Shown in pieces: positions 61,861-64,000 of a DNA stretch of 64,000 nt. The notes below the pieces were generated by a model that saw only the letters and a program-made list of their open reading frames with translations, was not told the origin of the DNA and did not search any database. Origin of the DNA: Yuukianura sp. NJ FZ-2021 (Eukaryota); the NCBI GenBank assembly GCA_046563655.1, contig CM102285.1, forward strand, positions 992,001 through 1,056,000, in the 5' to 3' direction. A program made the translations under genes and the position numbers. Position 1 is the stretch's first letter, and each line of letters begins with the position of its first letter.

Positions 61861-63159
61861 ATTTTTTTTTTTTTTTTATTTGTAGAATACTCTCCCTGCG
61901 GGCCCGCAGCCCATGGAGAGGGAGTTCGATTCATTGGAATGAAGCTAATAACAAATGTTTAACGTGTGGGGCTGTACAAACTGATAACATTTTGTGGAGA
62001 ATGATTGATTACATAGTAGGGGTTAAGTCGAAAGAATTTAAATTTAATAGAACTTATTTCCGTTTCCGTCGTTCTTTGAATTTTGCTTTCATTTCGTCAA
62101 GTTTCGCTTGTAGAAGGGATTTGTTGAGATGATCCAATGATTCATGATTAAGTTCTCCATAGTGTTCAGCAACTGCTTTTTTGAAGGCGTCTCGGCCCTG
62201 CATTGCTGCTAATTTGAAGGAATGTAATTTGTTGAGTTCTGTATAACCTCCTTTGTGTGCAAGATGGTCGGGCTGCTTGTGACTTGAGTCTGTGACTGGA
62301 ATTTGCTGATGTTTGGTGGTGAGGGTGTTATGTTTCGTGGGAGCAGAATTTGGAAGATGAGAATCTGCGTGGGAAGCGAAAAACGTCTTCGATGACTTTC
62401 TTGCTTCTTGTGGAGATGTGGAGTTTTGCTGAATGGCATCTTGATGTAAAATTTCGGATGTTGGAGACTTTGAAGGAGCGCCTGGGTTGGGGTCAAAGGT
62501 TTCATGAAGGATTTGTGACTGGATGACCTGCTGCGGTTTGTCCACGAGAGAGGTGAGCTCTCCCTCTCCCGCTGGGGGAAACTCGGGTGGAGTACTTTTT
62601 GTGGACATAGAATTTGTAGGTGAAACTGATACTTTCTCCACGTGCTTGGCATCTGAGTGGTCATTCTGGGACTTACTTTTCGTTCTCTGATGAGGTGGTA
62701 AGTCATCGCTGATTCCGATTGTTGATCCCTTAAGCAAATGACATCGACTGAATAACTTTGCTTTTTCTGCATTTGACCTTAGTGACACGGAAATTGTTCT
62801 CTTTTTCCCGAAGACACGGACGGAGTGAACTTGAATTTGGAGTTTTAAGTGTCCAAAAATCCATTCTGAAATGGTTGAAACAGAAACTCGCTCAATTTGT
62901 AATCCGTGGATGATCACAGTGGGGTTGTCACAGGGTTTTTGTAATGACACTGTTTCCGAGAGTCGTTGGGCAAATTGGTCTTTTAACCGATTCAGGAGCA
63001 ATAAATCCGAATTTGAAAACTGGTTGCTTTGGAGCAAGGACGTTAGTGAATTGAAGCAAAACTTCGCAATTTCCATAGTGCGAGGCTGGACTGTATAAGT
63101 TAGGAATCGAATGGAATTTGTTAGTTATTTTAGATTTTTAAGATTTAGTTATTCTATCG
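61861..63159 (-). mobile_element. ORF1-only non-LTR retroelement with poly(A) tail and 13-bp TSD
   Basis: TSD GATTTAGTTATTT at 61848-61860 and 63160-63172; T-run 61862-61877 is the poly(A) on the minus strand; 3' stem-loop near 61890-61925; single ORF; no endonuclease or RT sequence. Confidence 0.85.
62054..63076 (-). CDS. LINE ORF1p-like protein (340 aa)
   Basis: TVIIHGL...VRVFGKKRTISVSLRSNAEKAKLFSRCHLLKGSTIGISDDLPPHQR fits the RRM/CTD pattern of LINE ORF1 proteins (ii.G....R.G..r.i.v.......k..l......LKg..i.I..DL....R); low-complexity linker and basic tail. Confidence 0.7.
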   Translation of the reverse strand: MEIAKFCFNSLTSLLQSNQFSNSDLLLLNRLKDQFAQRLSETVSLQKPCDNPTVIIHGLQIERVSVSTISEWIFGHLKLQIQVHSVRVFGKKRTISVSLRSNAEKAKLFSRCHLLKGSTIGISDDLPPHQRTKSKSQNDHSDAKHVEKVSVSPTNSMSTKSTPPEFPPAGEGELTSLVDKPQQVIQSQILHETFDPNPGAPSKSPTSEILHQDAIQQNSTSPQEARKSSKTFFASHADSHLPNSAPTKHNTLTTKHQQIPVTDSSHKQPDHLAHKGGYTELNKLHSFKLAAMQGRDAFKKAVAEHYGELNHESLDHLNKSLLQAKLDEMKAKFKERRKRK

Positions 63160-64000
63160 GATTTAGTTATTTTAGAATCAAGAAAGTTAGAAACATTGCT
63201 TGAATTTAGCGGATCCCAACCTGGGTATAAATTTCAAATAACATATAAGCCTCAGGAGCAAGTTCGTATTGCGCTTGTGGAAGGTAATGCTGCGAATGTA
63301 GTATGGCTGAGTATAAATGCTAAATCTCTACGAGAATTTTATGAGGCAAAAAAAATAAAAGACTTCAAAGACTGGAAAGTGGATAAAAGTGGAGCTCCAT
63401 GTTCTAGTCTTTCGTTGAGGGAAGTAGACATATCCTGCTCAAGATCTATGGACCAGCAATTTCGGTCACTGTTTGAATTTCATGGTTCACTTGGTTCTCC
63501 GTCAGGGCGAGACGCATATGTACCATTTTGCAATTTGTTTCTACCGGTAACTGACGAAAAATATTCCATTCTAAAAACTGACAACGGACCTGACAATTGC
63601 CAACAGGGTGACTTGACTGAAAACTGGACAGTGACAGTTATTGCTAAAAAGAGTTTAAAAAACCAGCACGCAGCATTAATTATTGAAGGAATTTTACATG
63701 CGGGCCACTTTGTCATTAGGGCGGAACTGATACTAGAAGACGAAGTAGTAAAAATCAAATGTGAATCATATAGAGGAAAATCACTGTATCAAGAAATTAT
63801 TGAGAAATATTACGGAAAGCAAATTCAGGTAAATCCCGAAATGGGAATGAAACTGTTGAAAAATATTTGGGTAGATACGTATAACCCACCACGGGATTAC
63901 AAGCGGCTCCACTACAATTGTAATACCTGGTGCAAGGAAAAACTAAAGGTATTGAATATTGCAAACAAATTTAAGAGTAAATTATATAACCTTTACGCTG

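Larger units (their letters stand above)
61536..64000 (+). pseudogene. Long reading frame (61536-61860 plus 63173 to beyond 64000) interrupted by a retroelement; C-terminal permuted papain-like H...NCNTW motif
   Basis: Removing the insertion and one TSD gives a stop-free frame YAFDPNGERSY...FVTGDLVI|LESRKLETLLEF...NQHAALIIEG...DYKRLHYNCNTWCKEKLKVLNI that runs off the window end. Confidence 0.7.

Overview
AT-rich, intron-containing eukaryotic (arthropod) DNA. The gene content and short introns suggest a non-insect hexapod such as a springtail; this is inference only. Left to right: a Josephin deubiquitinase; acylphosphatase copy 1; an F-box/LRR gene; a secreted multicopper oxidase made of an arthropod-type chitin-binding (CBM14) domain fused to a fungal-looking laccase; acylphosphatase copy 2; and six paralogous two-exon secreted LRR genes. 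The LRR array is split 4+2 by a 5-Ig transmembrane gene whose 8.9-kb intron holds a tRNA-His. Next come an intact BEL/Pao LTR retrotransposon inserted in the promoter of LRR copy 6, a ZAD-like C2H2 zinc-finger gene, bleomycin hydrolase, medium-chain acyl-CoA dehydrogenase, a divergent CAP-like secreted protein, a non-catalytic serine-protease homolog and a truncated ABCH transporter fragment. The window ends with an ORF absent from the supplied track, carrying a permuted papain-like H...NCNTW motif and interrupted by a 1.3-kb ORF1-only poly(A) retroelement with a 13-bp target-site duplication. The most interesting items are (1) the LRR array, with variation concentrated at predicted concave-face positions and patchwork similarity between copies (candidate diversifying recognition system); (2) the chitin-binding, Leu-axial, fungal-like laccase (horizontal-transfer plus domain-fusion candidate); and (3) the ORF1-only retroelement and the gene it interrupts. 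Exon boundaries were read by eye from GT/AG sites and reading phase; no database searches were run.
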